DNA of 64,000 nt from Ignavibacteriota bacterium (GTDB lineage: Bacteria; Bacteroidota; Ignavibacteria; Palsa-1295): NCBI GenBank assembly GCA_963787835.1, contig CAWBEI010000003.1, positions 439,586 to 503,585 on the forward strand, given 5' to 3'. A model generated the notes under the pieces. The model was not told the origin of the DNA and made no database searches. It worked only from the letters and a program-made list of their open reading frames with translations. Below are positions 1 to 8,706 of the stretch, piece after piece. Positions within the stretch are counted from its first letter, which is position 1. Every line of letters starts with the position of its first letter. Position numbers and translations under genes: made by a program.

Positions 1-1179
1 AACGACTTCATCGAAATCGGAAGGATAGTTCGGACCCGTCGAGCCATCGTTACCACTGGAGCCGAACACGGTCACGCCTTTTGAGATCGCGTAGCGAATG
101 GCATCACGCTGCAGCAGCGAGGGAATGATATCGCCAAAGGAAAGGCTCAGAATTTGAACATGATTATCGGCTGCATAGATAATGGCCGTTGCAATATCAT
201 CATCGGAACCTGTGCCATTGGCATCGAATGCGCGGAGCGCAACCAGCTTGCATTTCGGGGCAATACCACTAATACCAATACCATTATTTTGCTGTGCGGC
301 GAGAATGCCCGCCATTGCAGTTCCGTGACCGTGCAGGTCGTATGGAATTGGGCCGCGTGTTGATACATCCCCGATCCCGATCTCTTCCTGATTGACAAAA
401 TTGTAGCCTATGACATCGTTCGCGTAACCGTTCCCATCGTGATCCTTGCCATCGATGTCGCCATACACCGTATCACCACGCGCATTCACACCGAGCGAAT
501 CCGATGCCCATGCTTCGAACAGGCCATCGTGATTAATATCCTCTGCAGGATTGACCGCAAATTGAAATTTGAGATCGGGATGAAGCCAATCCACGCCGGT
601 ATCGACAAAACCGATATGAATGGTGCTATCGCCTTCTGTAACCTGCCATGTTTCTGGCGCATGAACACTTTGCAGCCACCACTCCAGGTCGAAGTTCGGA
701 TCGTTCGGAGATATTTGACCTTTCAACACTTTCTCCATGCTGGAGTATAAACCCCCTCGCACAGCAGTGCAAGCGGATTTAGGGGTTGGTGGTCCCCGTT
801 GAATATGATAATGGTAGTTCGGCTCCGCATACTCGATGTTACTCACGCCTGAAAGAGAGCGAACAGCATCAGCAACCGTCATTCCTTCGCGCACCGGAAT
901 TTTAATGATGCGATCCAGCCCAACGGTATCGTTGCTGACGGCTTGAACAGAAAACTGTGGCGTTGGCCGTGTAAACACGGGACGCATAACCTCGATGGTG
1001 GAGCTGACAGCCTGAAGTTTTGCGAGCGTTGCCGCATCGCTCATCGCTGCACGTGTGCGAAATTTTACAATGATGCTGCGAACAGTGGAATCGACGGCAG
1101 ATCGGGCAATCGGCTTTACAGAAGGTTGGGCAAAGCCCGTGCCAGCAAATAGTAAGAAGAAAAGCACCCGCTTGAACAT
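1..1179 (-). CDS. S8 (subtilisin-like) serine peptidase, secreted; runs off the left edge
   Basis: Not in the ORF track; translated manually from ATG 1179. Signal peptide MFKRVLFFLLFAGTGFAQ, prodomain end IEYAEPNY, catalytic Asp GFVDTG, His HGHGTAMAGIL, oxyanion SSGNDG. Confidence 0.92.
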   Translation of the reverse strand, partial: MFKRVLFFLLFAGTGFAQPSVKPIARSAVDSTVRSIIVKFRTRAAMSDAATLAKLQAVSSTIEVMRPVFTRPTPQFSVQAVSNDTVGLDRIIKIPVREGMTVADAVRSLSGVSNIEYAEPNYHYHIQRGPPTPKSACTAVRGGLYSSMEKVLKGQISPNDPNFDLEWWLQSVHAPETWQVTEGDSTIHIGFVDTGVDWLHPDLKFQFAVNPAEDINHDGLFEAWASDSLGVNARGDTVYGDIDGKDHDGNGYANDVIGYNFVNQEEIGIGDVSTRGPIPYDLHGHGTAMAGILAAQQNNGIGISGIAPKCKLVALRAFDANGTGSDDDIATAIIYAADNHVQILSLSFGDIIPSLLQRDAIRYAISKGVTVFGSSGNDGSTGPNYPSDFDEVV

Positions 1180-1188
1180 CGTAGCTTT

Positions 1189-1214
1189 AACGGATGCTTT
1201 GCGCGTGGGGTTCA
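1189..1214 (-). promoter_or_regulatory. Putative ECF-sigma promoter (TGAAC-N17-CGTT) just upstream of the S8 gene
   Basis: Minus strand reads TGAAC-cccacgcgcaaagcatc-CGTT, ending 9 nt before the ATG; matches the general ECF AAC/CGT consensus. Confidence 0.4.
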
Positions 1215-1242
1215 AGCGGATAGGGTAATTCTGAGTGACCTT

Positions 1243-1276
1243 GTGTAGCATCGGGAATATATTCCCGATGCTACAC
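1243..1276. repeat. Perfect 34-bp palindrome with GTAG/CTAC feet (REP-like)
   Basis: GTGTAGCATCGGGAATA|TATTCCCGATGCTACAC between purF and the S8 gene. Confidence 0.75.
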
Positions 1277-1289
1277 TGCGCGGGCTATT

Positions 1290-2906
1290 TCAATCGTCGT
1301 TCTCTTGCGTCTCATCATCGAAGGGAACGGGGTAATCACCGGTGAAACAGGCCGTGCAATAACCGATCTCTTTTCCGGCTTTGTCTTTATGCGGGACGCT
1401 TTCAAGCAATTTCTTTACTGTGAGATATTTCAGTGAATCGACTCCTAAGTATTTACCAATTTCTTCTTCATTCTCATGATGATTTGCGATCAGTTCTCCC
1501 TTACTGGGGAAATCCATACCATATTTGCAGGGATGAGTGATCGGAGGCGCAGTAATTCGTAAATGTATTTCACGCGGGCCGGCCTCACGAATAAGATTGA
1601 TGAGCGCTTTTGAAGTAGTGCCACGAACAATGGAATCATCGACCACGACGACCTTTTTATCTTTCAGCACCCCTTTTACCGTATTGAATTTCACTTTCAC
1701 TTTCATCTCTCGCCGGTCTTGACCCGGCTGAATGAAGGTGCGGCCCACATAGTGCGAGCGAATAAGGCCGATCTGATATTTCGTCTGGTTCCCAAGCTTT
1801 TGGTTCTGGCTGGCGTAGCCAAGAGTCGCAGTGTTCGAGGAATCCGGCACATTAATAACCGTCACTCTGCGGCCAGGGTCGTGCTCGACCGGTGATTCGA
1901 TCGCAAGCGTTTTTCCAAGCTTGCGGCGAACCCTATCAACATTCTCTTCAAAGACTTTCGAGTCGGGCCTTGCGAAGTAAATATATTCGAAAATGCAATG
2001 AGTCGGTGTAGGCGCGTGCTCGAGTATGCGAGTCGACTGCACTTCGCCGGTCTTTACGGTATGCTCATCGATGATAAGTATTTCGTTCGGTTGGACATCC
2101 CGGATATATTCGGCGCCAACAATATCGAAAGCGCACGTTTCGGAGGCAACCATATAGGCCCATGCGCCATCCGGCCGTTTGAGGCGGCCAAATGCCAGGG
2201 GCCGAATACCATGAGGATCTCGCACGGCAACCAGCGAAGTATCCGTCAGCATGGCGAGCGAATAGGCTCCGCGTGCTTGCTGAAGCGCATCACGGATCTG
2301 ATCAACCTGCGTTTCCTTGTGGGAGCGCGCGATTAAGTGCAGGATCAGTTCACTATCGGTCGAGGTTTGGAAGATCGTTCCTTGCGAGGCGAGTTCATCG
2401 CGCAAGGCATGGGTATTTGTTAGATTCCCATTGTGCGAGAGCCCGAAATTCCCCATGCGATAATGCATGATGAAGGGCTGTATGTTTTCGATCTTCCCGC
2501 TGGCACCGGTGGTGGAATAACGATTGTGAGCCAAGGCGGAATCACCAATAAGAACTTCTGACAAGATCTTGTCATCCTTGAAGACATCGAGGACAAGCCC
2601 ATTATCCTTATGGATGCGAAATTTTCGTTTCGGCCCCCTGGGCGTTTCCTCTGTGAATGCAGAAAGAATCCCTCCCGCTTCCTGGCCTCGATGCTGCAAC
2701 GCATGGAGCGCGTAATATGCAATGACGCTCGCTTCCGGATGATTATAGACCCCGACCACGCCACAATTACTTTCCGGCTTATCGATGAACCGGTTCGCAT
2801 TCCCGTGACCGGAAATGCTTAAGATAGGTAACTCAATATCCTCAGGAGCGCTGAGAGGGATGGTGGGCGAAGTGTAGTTCTGCATTTGCGTGAGGCAGAA
2901 CAGCAT
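1290..2906 (-). CDS. purF: Amidophosphoribosyltransferase
   Basis: CGVVG, LQHRGQE, HNRYST, HNGNLTN, CIFEYIYFARPDS, VDDSIVRGTT, CKYGMDF, CTACFTGDYP; start could be ATG 2885. Confidence 0.97.
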   Translation of the reverse strand: MLFCLTQMQNYTSPTIPLSAPEDIELPILSISGHGNANRFIDKPESNCGVVGVYNHPEASVIAYYALHALQHRGQEAGGILSAFTEETPRGPKRKFRIHKDNGLVLDVFKDDKILSEVLIGDSALAHNRYSTTGASGKIENIQPFIMHYRMGNFGLSHNGNLTNTHALRDELASQGTIFQTSTDSELILHLIARSHKETQVDQIRDALQQARGAYSLAMLTDTSLVAVRDPHGIRPLAFGRLKRPDGAWAYMVASETCAFDIVGAEYIRDVQPNEILIIDEHTVKTGEVQSTRILEHAPTPTHCIFEYIYFARPDSKVFEENVDRVRRKLGKTLAIESPVEHDPGRRVTVINVPDSSNTATLGYASQNQKLGNQTKYQIGLIRSHYVGRTFIQPGQDRREMKVKVKFNTVKGVLKDKKVVVVDDSIVRGTTSKALINLIREAGPREIHLRITAPPITHPCKYGMDFPSKGELIANHHENEEEIGKYLGVDSLKYLTVKKLLESVPHKDKAGKEIGYCTACFTGDYPVPFDDETQENDD

Positions 2907-2959
2907 TCTTTCAATGAGAATTTCCTTCGTGAATGAAAGATCGAAATTGGACCGGCCTG

Positions 2960-3850
2960 CTATTCTTTTCTGACGCGGTCGATCAGGTATTGATCGAACC
3001 CCGCTTCCTTCATTTTTTCATCCGAGGCTGCGGCGTGATGAATGAGATGCAGCAGTTCGGTCGTCATTCCCATGCTGCTGTATCCGCCATCGTGAAACAG
3101 GTTCTGCATGGTAACTTTTCTTGTGAGATCGCTGAGCAGGGTCACGACGTAATCCGCGCATTCCTCTGCCGTTGGGTTGCCGAGCGGTGAAAGAAGATTG
3201 GCAAATTCGTAGATCTTATCGAAATCAACGATGCCGGAGCCGGCGCGAGTGGGCGTTGGGCTTTGGCTGACGGTATTCACACGTATCTTTTTCTTACCAA
3301 GCCGCGCGCCAAAACTGCGAGTGATGGATTCCAGCAGGGCTTTCGCATCGGCCATATCGGCATACGTCGTAAAGGTGCGTTGCGCCGCGATGTAGCTGAG
3401 CGACAGAATACTCGCCCCATCGGCAAGCGCATCCATCGCGAGAGCGCCATGAATGAGCCTGTGAAGCGATAGCCCACTGACATCCAGTGTTTTCAGGAAC
3501 CAATCGTAGTTGGCTTTTTCATATTTCAATCCCTTGCGAATGTTTTGCGATATTCCGACGGAATGAACAAAAAAATCGAGCGAGCCGAGCTTCTCTTTCG
3601 CTTCCGCAAAACAGGCTTCGACTTCCTTGCTATTCGAGACATCGCATTGGATGAGCGGTGCGTCACCGAGAATCTTCGCAAGCTCCGCCGGTTTACCGAC
3701 GCGCAGAGCAACCGCTACATTACTAACAGCAAGCCTTGCTCCCTCCCGATGAGCCGCAAGTGCAATTTGCCATCCGAGGCTCGTTTCGTCTAATGGACCG
3801 AAAACGATTCCCTTTTTACCCTTCAGTAATCCGTAAGATCTTTCTGCCAT
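2960..3850 (-). CDS. fabI: Enoyl-ACP reductase
   Basis: LLKGKKGIVFG, catalytic YADMADAK (Yx6K), VTMQNLFHDGG; Bacteroidota-type FabI. Confidence 0.92.
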   Translation of the reverse strand: MAERSYGLLKGKKGIVFGPLDETSLGWQIALAAHREGARLAVSNVAVALRVGKPAELAKILGDAPLIQCDVSNSKEVEACFAEAKEKLGSLDFFVHSVGISQNIRKGLKYEKANYDWFLKTLDVSGLSLHRLIHGALAMDALADGASILSLSYIAAQRTFTTYADMADAKALLESITRSFGARLGKKKIRVNTVSQSPTPTRAGSGIVDFDKIYEFANLLSPLGNPTAEECADYVVTLLSDLTRKVTMQNLFHDGGYSSMGMTTELLHLIHHAAASDEKMKEAGFDQYLIDRVRKE

Positions 3851-3880
3851 GTTGCTTTAAACAGATATTCGATTGGAGAG

Positions 3881-5143
3881 TTACAATACGAACGGCGTTT
3901 GCAACCCAAATTCGTGAAAAACCAGCCCAGTGAGCAGTTTCGGATAAAAAAAGGTGGTCTTTTGCGGCATGAACTCACCCCGCTCCACGACGGCCTGGAG
4001 TTCGCTGGGGCGAACTTCCCTTAGCAAGAACGCAGCATCCCAGGCTTGCTCCTCTTCAAACTCATCGAGTTCGCGGAGGGTATGAGGATAGAGCAGGTTG
4101 ACGCGCTCGTCGATCGCTTTCCTTGAAATGCCCAGCATGGGCATAAATACTTCCTCTTCCAACCGCTCTGCTGCCGGTTTGACAAAATCTCGTTCTCGTA
4201 AACGAATATCTCGAACTAACACCCACTTAGGATCCTCCGCAAATTCGATGAGTGTCAATGCGGCATTATCTCGTTCTAATTCCACCACACCCTCTTCGCG
4301 ACTTGTGAAGGTCAGTAGTTCGAACCGCTCTCGCAAGCGATCTAATAAACGATATTGATTGAATTCCGAGACATCGTGAAGCAGCCGGTGTGTTGGTAAA
4401 ATAACGGTTCCCTCCGACTGTAAATTGGAAAGGAACATCATAATATGATCGCCACCGGCCACATCAGGATGCTTCTTATGAAATTCGACCGCCGTTTCAT
4501 AGCGATGGTGGCCATCCGCAATGATAACCGTAAGCGGCCTCACTACTTTAGCGATCCTCATCATACCATCCTCCTCTTGCAATCGCCACAGCAAATGTCG
4601 TACGCTCTCGCCACTTGGAAGTGCCTCTTCGACATCCGCGATGGGTGAATGCACCGTTGCCATATCCAGCGATTGGTCGAACAGAAAACTGGGATCGGAT
4701 ATTAGCCCGAAGATCGGTGAGAAATTCGCATGGGTGTGCTCCATCAGTTCCAGCCTGTCCTTCTTGGGCCAGTCATGAGTGCGTTCGTGAGGAATTACCT
4801 CTTTTGCGGCGTATGCACTGAGCTTCAACCGTCCTATCACTCCGGATCGAGTCACCTGGCCGCCATCAGGTTTCTTGAATACCTGATGATATACATAAAA
4901 GGCATCCCAATCGTCCGTCTTTAAGATTCCCTCCTGCTTCCAGTGTTTGAAATATCGCGCGGCGCTCTCGTATGGATCGGAGTCACGGCTCCATTCAAGT
5001 CGAATGACATTGTGTGGATCACGCGCATACAAACGGTCGCGGTAATCTCGAGAAATGACATCGTATGGCGGGGAAGTTACATTTTCGATCTGCACCTTTG
5101 AGGTGTTATATCGAGTGCCTTTAAACGGGAGGAATTCCGGCAT
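3881..5143 (-). CDS. DUF1015 family protein
   Basis: PFKGTRY, SPPYDVIS, PHERT, IADGHHRYET, MPQKTTFFYPKLLTGLV. Confidence 0.9.
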   Translation of the reverse strand: MPEFLPFKGTRYNTSKVQIENVTSPPYDVISRDYRDRLYARDPHNVIRLEWSRDSDPYESAARYFKHWKQEGILKTDDWDAFYVYHQVFKKPDGGQVTRSGVIGRLKLSAYAAKEVIPHERTHDWPKKDRLELMEHTHANFSPIFGLISDPSFLFDQSLDMATVHSPIADVEEALPSGESVRHLLWRLQEEDGMMRIAKVVRPLTVIIADGHHRYETAVEFHKKHPDVAGGDHIMMFLSNLQSEGTVILPTHRLLHDVSEFNQYRLLDRLRERFELLTFTSREEGVVELERDNAALTLIEFAEDPKWVLVRDIRLRERDFVKPAAERLEEEVFMPMLGISRKAIDERVNLLYPHTLRELDEFEEEQAWDAAFLLREVRPSELQAVVERGEFMPQKTTFFYPKLLTGLVFHEFGLQTPFVL

Positions 5144-5193
5144 GGACTGAGATTCGTATGATTTTTAGGGAGATCTTTAAGATGGGTTGATTT

Positions 5194-6117
5194 TCAAACG
5201 TGGTAGCCAAGTTCCGAAAGCGCTCGCTTATTCTGGCGCCAATCGGATTTGGTTTTTACGTGAAGTTCGAGATAAACAGGATGTCCGAGAAACCGTTCGA
5301 TCTCCTCCCGGGCACGCTCACCCAGCGATTTCAACGCCGAACCATCGCGCCCTATAAGAATAGATTTTTGCGTGTCGCGCTCGACGATCACTTCGGCGCT
5401 TACGAACCACTTCCCGGCCGCTCGCTCTTTGAATTCGGAGATCGCTACTTCGGTAGAATACGGAATTTCTTCCTTAAACTTTTGAAAGATTGCCTCGCGT
5501 ATAAGCTCACCCACAAAGAACCGGTCGTTCTGGTCGCTTAATTGCTCTGGATCATAGAACGGCTCAGTGCTGGGAAGGTAGTTACGGAGCGTTGCGATCA
5601 ACTCCTTTATGTTATAGTTTTTTGCCGCCGAGATCGGAACAAGCTCTTTGAATTCCGGCTGTTCCCCATAGCGTTGTAAAATGGGAAGCAGATCGTTCCT
5701 GTTTTTCAATAGATCGCTTTTAGAGATAGCAAGCACGATGGGCTTCTCCCCCGCGATCTTTTTATAATCGTTCCAAAGCCCCGGTAATGCACGTTCGAAC
5801 GGCTGGTGGGCCTCGGCAAGCACAAGAATGACGTCCGCGTCTGCGAACGACCGCTGCACTTCCGCGAGCATCGCCTTATGGAGCAAAGTGGTCGGACGCG
5901 GCATGATGCCGGGTGTATCGAGGAAAACGATCTGCTCCTGCGGAGTAGAATAGATCCCAAGCACGCGTTTGCGCGTTGTTTGCGGCTTGCGTGTCACGAT
6001 CGAAAGCTTCGTGCCAAGCATCGCATTCATCAGCGTGGACTTACCGGCATTCGGCACTCCCACGATCGCACAATATCCGGACTTGAACCCGGTTTCTCCC
6101 GATTGGTCAGTTGTCAT
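5194..6117 (-). CDS. era: GTPase Era
   Basis: GVPNAGKST, KPQTTR, DTPG, ELIRE, EEIPYS, C-terminal KH domain. Confidence 0.97.
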   Translation of the reverse strand: MTTDQSGETGFKSGYCAIVGVPNAGKSTLMNAMLGTKLSIVTRKPQTTRKRVLGIYSTPQEQIVFLDTPGIMPRPTTLLHKAMLAEVQRSFADADVILVLAEAHQPFERALPGLWNDYKKIAGEKPIVLAISKSDLLKNRNDLLPILQRYGEQPEFKELVPISAAKNYNIKELIATLRNYLPSTEPFYDPEQLSDQNDRFFVGELIREAIFQKFKEEIPYSTEVAISEFKERAAGKWFVSAEVIVERDTQKSILIGRDGSALKSLGERAREEIERFLGHPVYLELHVKTKSDWRQNKRALSELGYHV

Positions 6118-7354
6118 TTTTCATTAAAGTAACCGTGCGTTGCTGCATGTTTGCCATTGCTTGTTCGGGAGTCTCGGTCTTATAAAGTGCCTTGGAAACT
6201 TCATCTTCGATGATCGCTTCTACATCGAGCCACTGCGGAATAACGGGCGTCATTCGCGCATGGGCGAGCTGTTCGGTGAATACCGCACCCTCGCGCCGAT
6301 GAAGGTAAAATGTATCTGACTGAGTCCTGACATCGGCAGGATATTCGTTCACATTCCGGGCAAATGCAAGCTCGTTAGTGGGTCGTGTAATATACTCCAG
6401 AAACAACTCCGCCTCATGCTTCATTACGCTCTTTGCGTTAATAGCCAGATATTCACCACCAGCAAACGATTCACCGGAATGCCCGTTGTTCCCCGGAAAC
6501 ACAGCCGTATGCCATTGGAACGTTGCCTTTGAAAGCCTCGGGATCAGCCACGATCCGCTGAACCACATTCCCAGCTTCCCGCGCACAAAGTCATCGTCAA
6601 GATCCTTCTGCGTTTCCATGACACCACACTCCAATTGACCGATATAGAAACGCAGTGCTTCAACGTTTTGAGGTGTGTTCATCATGGGTTGGCCCAAACT
6701 ATCGAAAAGATCGCCGCCATTCGACCAAACATACGGGAGGAATTTTTTGTAAAGCCGGTGCTGATCTGATCCATTTACGCCAATGCCCTGCATGCCAATT
6801 TTTTCAGCAATAGATTTCATTGTTTGCCAGTTCCATGCATTCGTTCCATTGGACGGAGTGGACATAGTGGCGGAGGTTGTAATAAGATCATCATTAATAA
6901 AAATAACGCGTGTATCGAGCAGCCAGGGCACTGCAAAATAATGACCACCCCACATTCCTGAACTGAGAGCATATTTTGGCGAGGCTGCGAACCGCGACAT
7001 GATAGCAGAGTCAGCATCAAGCGGCAGGAGCACGCCACTGGAGGAAAACTGCGCAACCCAATCGCTGCCAAGTTCAAGGACATCCGGTGCCGTCTCGGAA
7101 TTAAATCCGGCCATAAGTTTGGTTTTGCCGTCCGCCCAGCTAAGCTCTGTCACTTCTACGGGGATATCCGGATGCTCGCGATGAAATCCGGCAAGCAGAG
7201 AATCCATAGCAATTCGCTGTGCCGGTTCCGACCAGAAATGCGAGAATCGAAGCACACCGGGTGTGATACCACGATCGCATCCCATAATGCTTATTACTAT
7301 GACGCAAAAGAAGAAACCGCAGAACGAAACGCGCTTCAGGAAGCTCAGTGTCAT
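6107..7354 (-). CDS. Extracellular sugar-binding lipoprotein (ABC SBP family 1)
   Basis: Likely start ATG 7354; lipobox-like IMGC; APDVLELGSDWVAQF, VPWLLDTRVIF, SFAGGEYLAI. Confidence 0.88.
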   Translation of the reverse strand: MTLSFLKRVSFCGFFFCVIVISIMGCDRGITPGVLRFSHFWSEPAQRIAMDSLLAGFHREHPDIPVEVTELSWADGKTKLMAGFNSETAPDVLELGSDWVAQFSSSGVLLPLDADSAIMSRFAASPKYALSSGMWGGHYFAVPWLLDTRVIFINDDLITTSATMSTPSNGTNAWNWQTMKSIAEKIGMQGIGVNGSDQHRLYKKFLPYVWSNGGDLFDSLGQPMMNTPQNVEALRFYIGQLECGVMETQKDLDDDFVRGKLGMWFSGSWLIPRLSKATFQWHTAVFPGNNGHSGESFAGGEYLAINAKSVMKHEAELFLEYITRPTNELAFARNVNEYPADVRTQSDTFYLHRREGAVFTEQLAHARMTPVIPQWLDVEAIIEDEVSKALYKTETPEQAMANMQQRTVTLMKNDN

Positions 7355-7358
7355 CGAT

Positions 7359-7889
7359 CTATTTCGTTGTGAACGAGATAAAACTGATGAGCGCGGTAAT
7401 AATGACCATGATATTCGTGATAACGCCAATGGCCTGAAAGAAGACATCCAACGCACGCCCGCTTACCATAATGGTATCGCCGGGTTCGAGCAAGGGGTTT
7501 TGGGAAAGATCGCCGTTATCGCGATAGGCTTCAAGATTGTAGGTTTCAACACGCTTTTCGGAGGCGGTATCAGCATGGATGATCCGAATATCGACCAAAC
7601 GAGCCGATGCCGTTGGGCCGCCCGCAAAGCTAAGCAGTTCCACCAATGACGTCGATCCCGGAACACGGTAATGCCCCGGCGCACCGACATATCCCCATAA
7701 ATTAACATCGATCTGAACCTCACCCCCGCGCATGACGCTATAGATCGCCATATTAGGCGTAGTGGGATTGAGCGGCTGGCTGGCTCCCGGCCCAGTCTGG
7801 CCTGGGATAGCCGGCGGGCCTTGTGCAACTGCGGCGCCTTCCGCAGAAAGTACCAAAAATAAGGCGATGATTATGTTGGAAAATCTCAT
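7359..7889 (-). CDS. SLBB-domain (Wza-like) protein
   Basis: Signal peptide from ATG 7889; VNLWGYVGAPGHYRVP-LVELLSFAGGP, NPLLEPGDTIMV; C-terminal hydrophobic helix. Confidence 0.82.
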   Translation of the reverse strand: MRFSNIIIALFLVLSAEGAAVAQGPPAIPGQTGPGASQPLNPTTPNMAIYSVMRGGEVQIDVNLWGYVGAPGHYRVPGSTSLVELLSFAGGPTASARLVDIRIIHADTASEKRVETYNLEAYRDNGDLSQNPLLEPGDTIMVSGRALDVFFQAIGVITNIMVIITALISFISFTTK

Positions 7890-7935
7890 GAATACAAAAA
7901 TACGGTTGCGGAGCCGCCGGCGCACGTCACCGGCA

Positions 7936-8706
7936 TCACGGTTCTACAGTAAACCCCAACCAGGTCGAAGTGGAGCCGCCAAACGGTTCGATCCATTTTA
8001 CACGCCACTGATACGGTACTCCAGACACAAGCGGCGTCGCGCTCATGGGATATTGGATGGTTTCTGTGTTTTCGAAATCCTGGTCGCTGCCGGACCACAC
8101 ATATTGTAAATTATCAAGTCGCTGAACAATGATCTGGTAACTTCCACCATCGTTCGGATCTTGCCACAATAGTTGGAGTGGGAACCCGTGCAGGGTATCG
8201 GTCCCATTCGGACTGAGAACCAGTATGCGCTGCGCATATGTAAAAGATGTCGAAATTCCAACATGCGTCGGATGACTATACGTAACAGCGTTGGTTGGGG
8301 AACGATAAAATGCCTGAAGCTGGTAATAATACGTCGCGCCGGGCGTAATCCCCAACGTGTCAGAATAGGAAGTATCCAATGGTGAAATGAGCTGATTGCT
8401 GCTTTCTATATCTGCGATCGTCGTGCGATGCGCGAGCAGTCCGTCGGAGCCGACACTCGAATCGCCAACGGAACGATAAAGAAGATACCCGGTCGTAGTG
8501 CCCGTTGAGTCGGGTTTCCATTCAATATCGATCGCATTCTGAGGGCCCGCATCTGCGTAAATGCCGTGATCCACTGGATCAGGTGGCGAGGTATTCGGAA
8601 CGAAAACTGGCGGCGGCGGCGTGACCACCGGTTCAGGGGGCGCGCTACACGCTGCAAGCATCACGGCGACCAGTGCAATGCCACATTTCCGGTTCCTGTT
8701 ATTCAC
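7936..8706 (-). CDS. Lipoprotein with FN3/Ig-like domains
   Basis: Lipobox LAAC, Pro-rich linker, FN3-like GYLLYRS...YYYQLQA and PYQWRV. Confidence 0.75.
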   Translation of the reverse strand: MNNRNRKCGIALVAVMLAACSAPPEPVVTPPPPVFVPNTSPPDPVDHGIYADAGPQNAIDIEWKPDSTGTTTGYLLYRSVGDSSVGSDGLLAHRTTIADIESSNQLISPLDTSYSDTLGITPGATYYYQLQAFYRSPTNAVTYSHPTHVGISTSFTYAQRILVLSPNGTDTLHGFPLQLLWQDPNDGGSYQIIVQRLDNLQYVWSGSDQDFENTETIQYPMSATPLVSGVPYQWRVKWIEPFGGSTSTWLGFTVEP

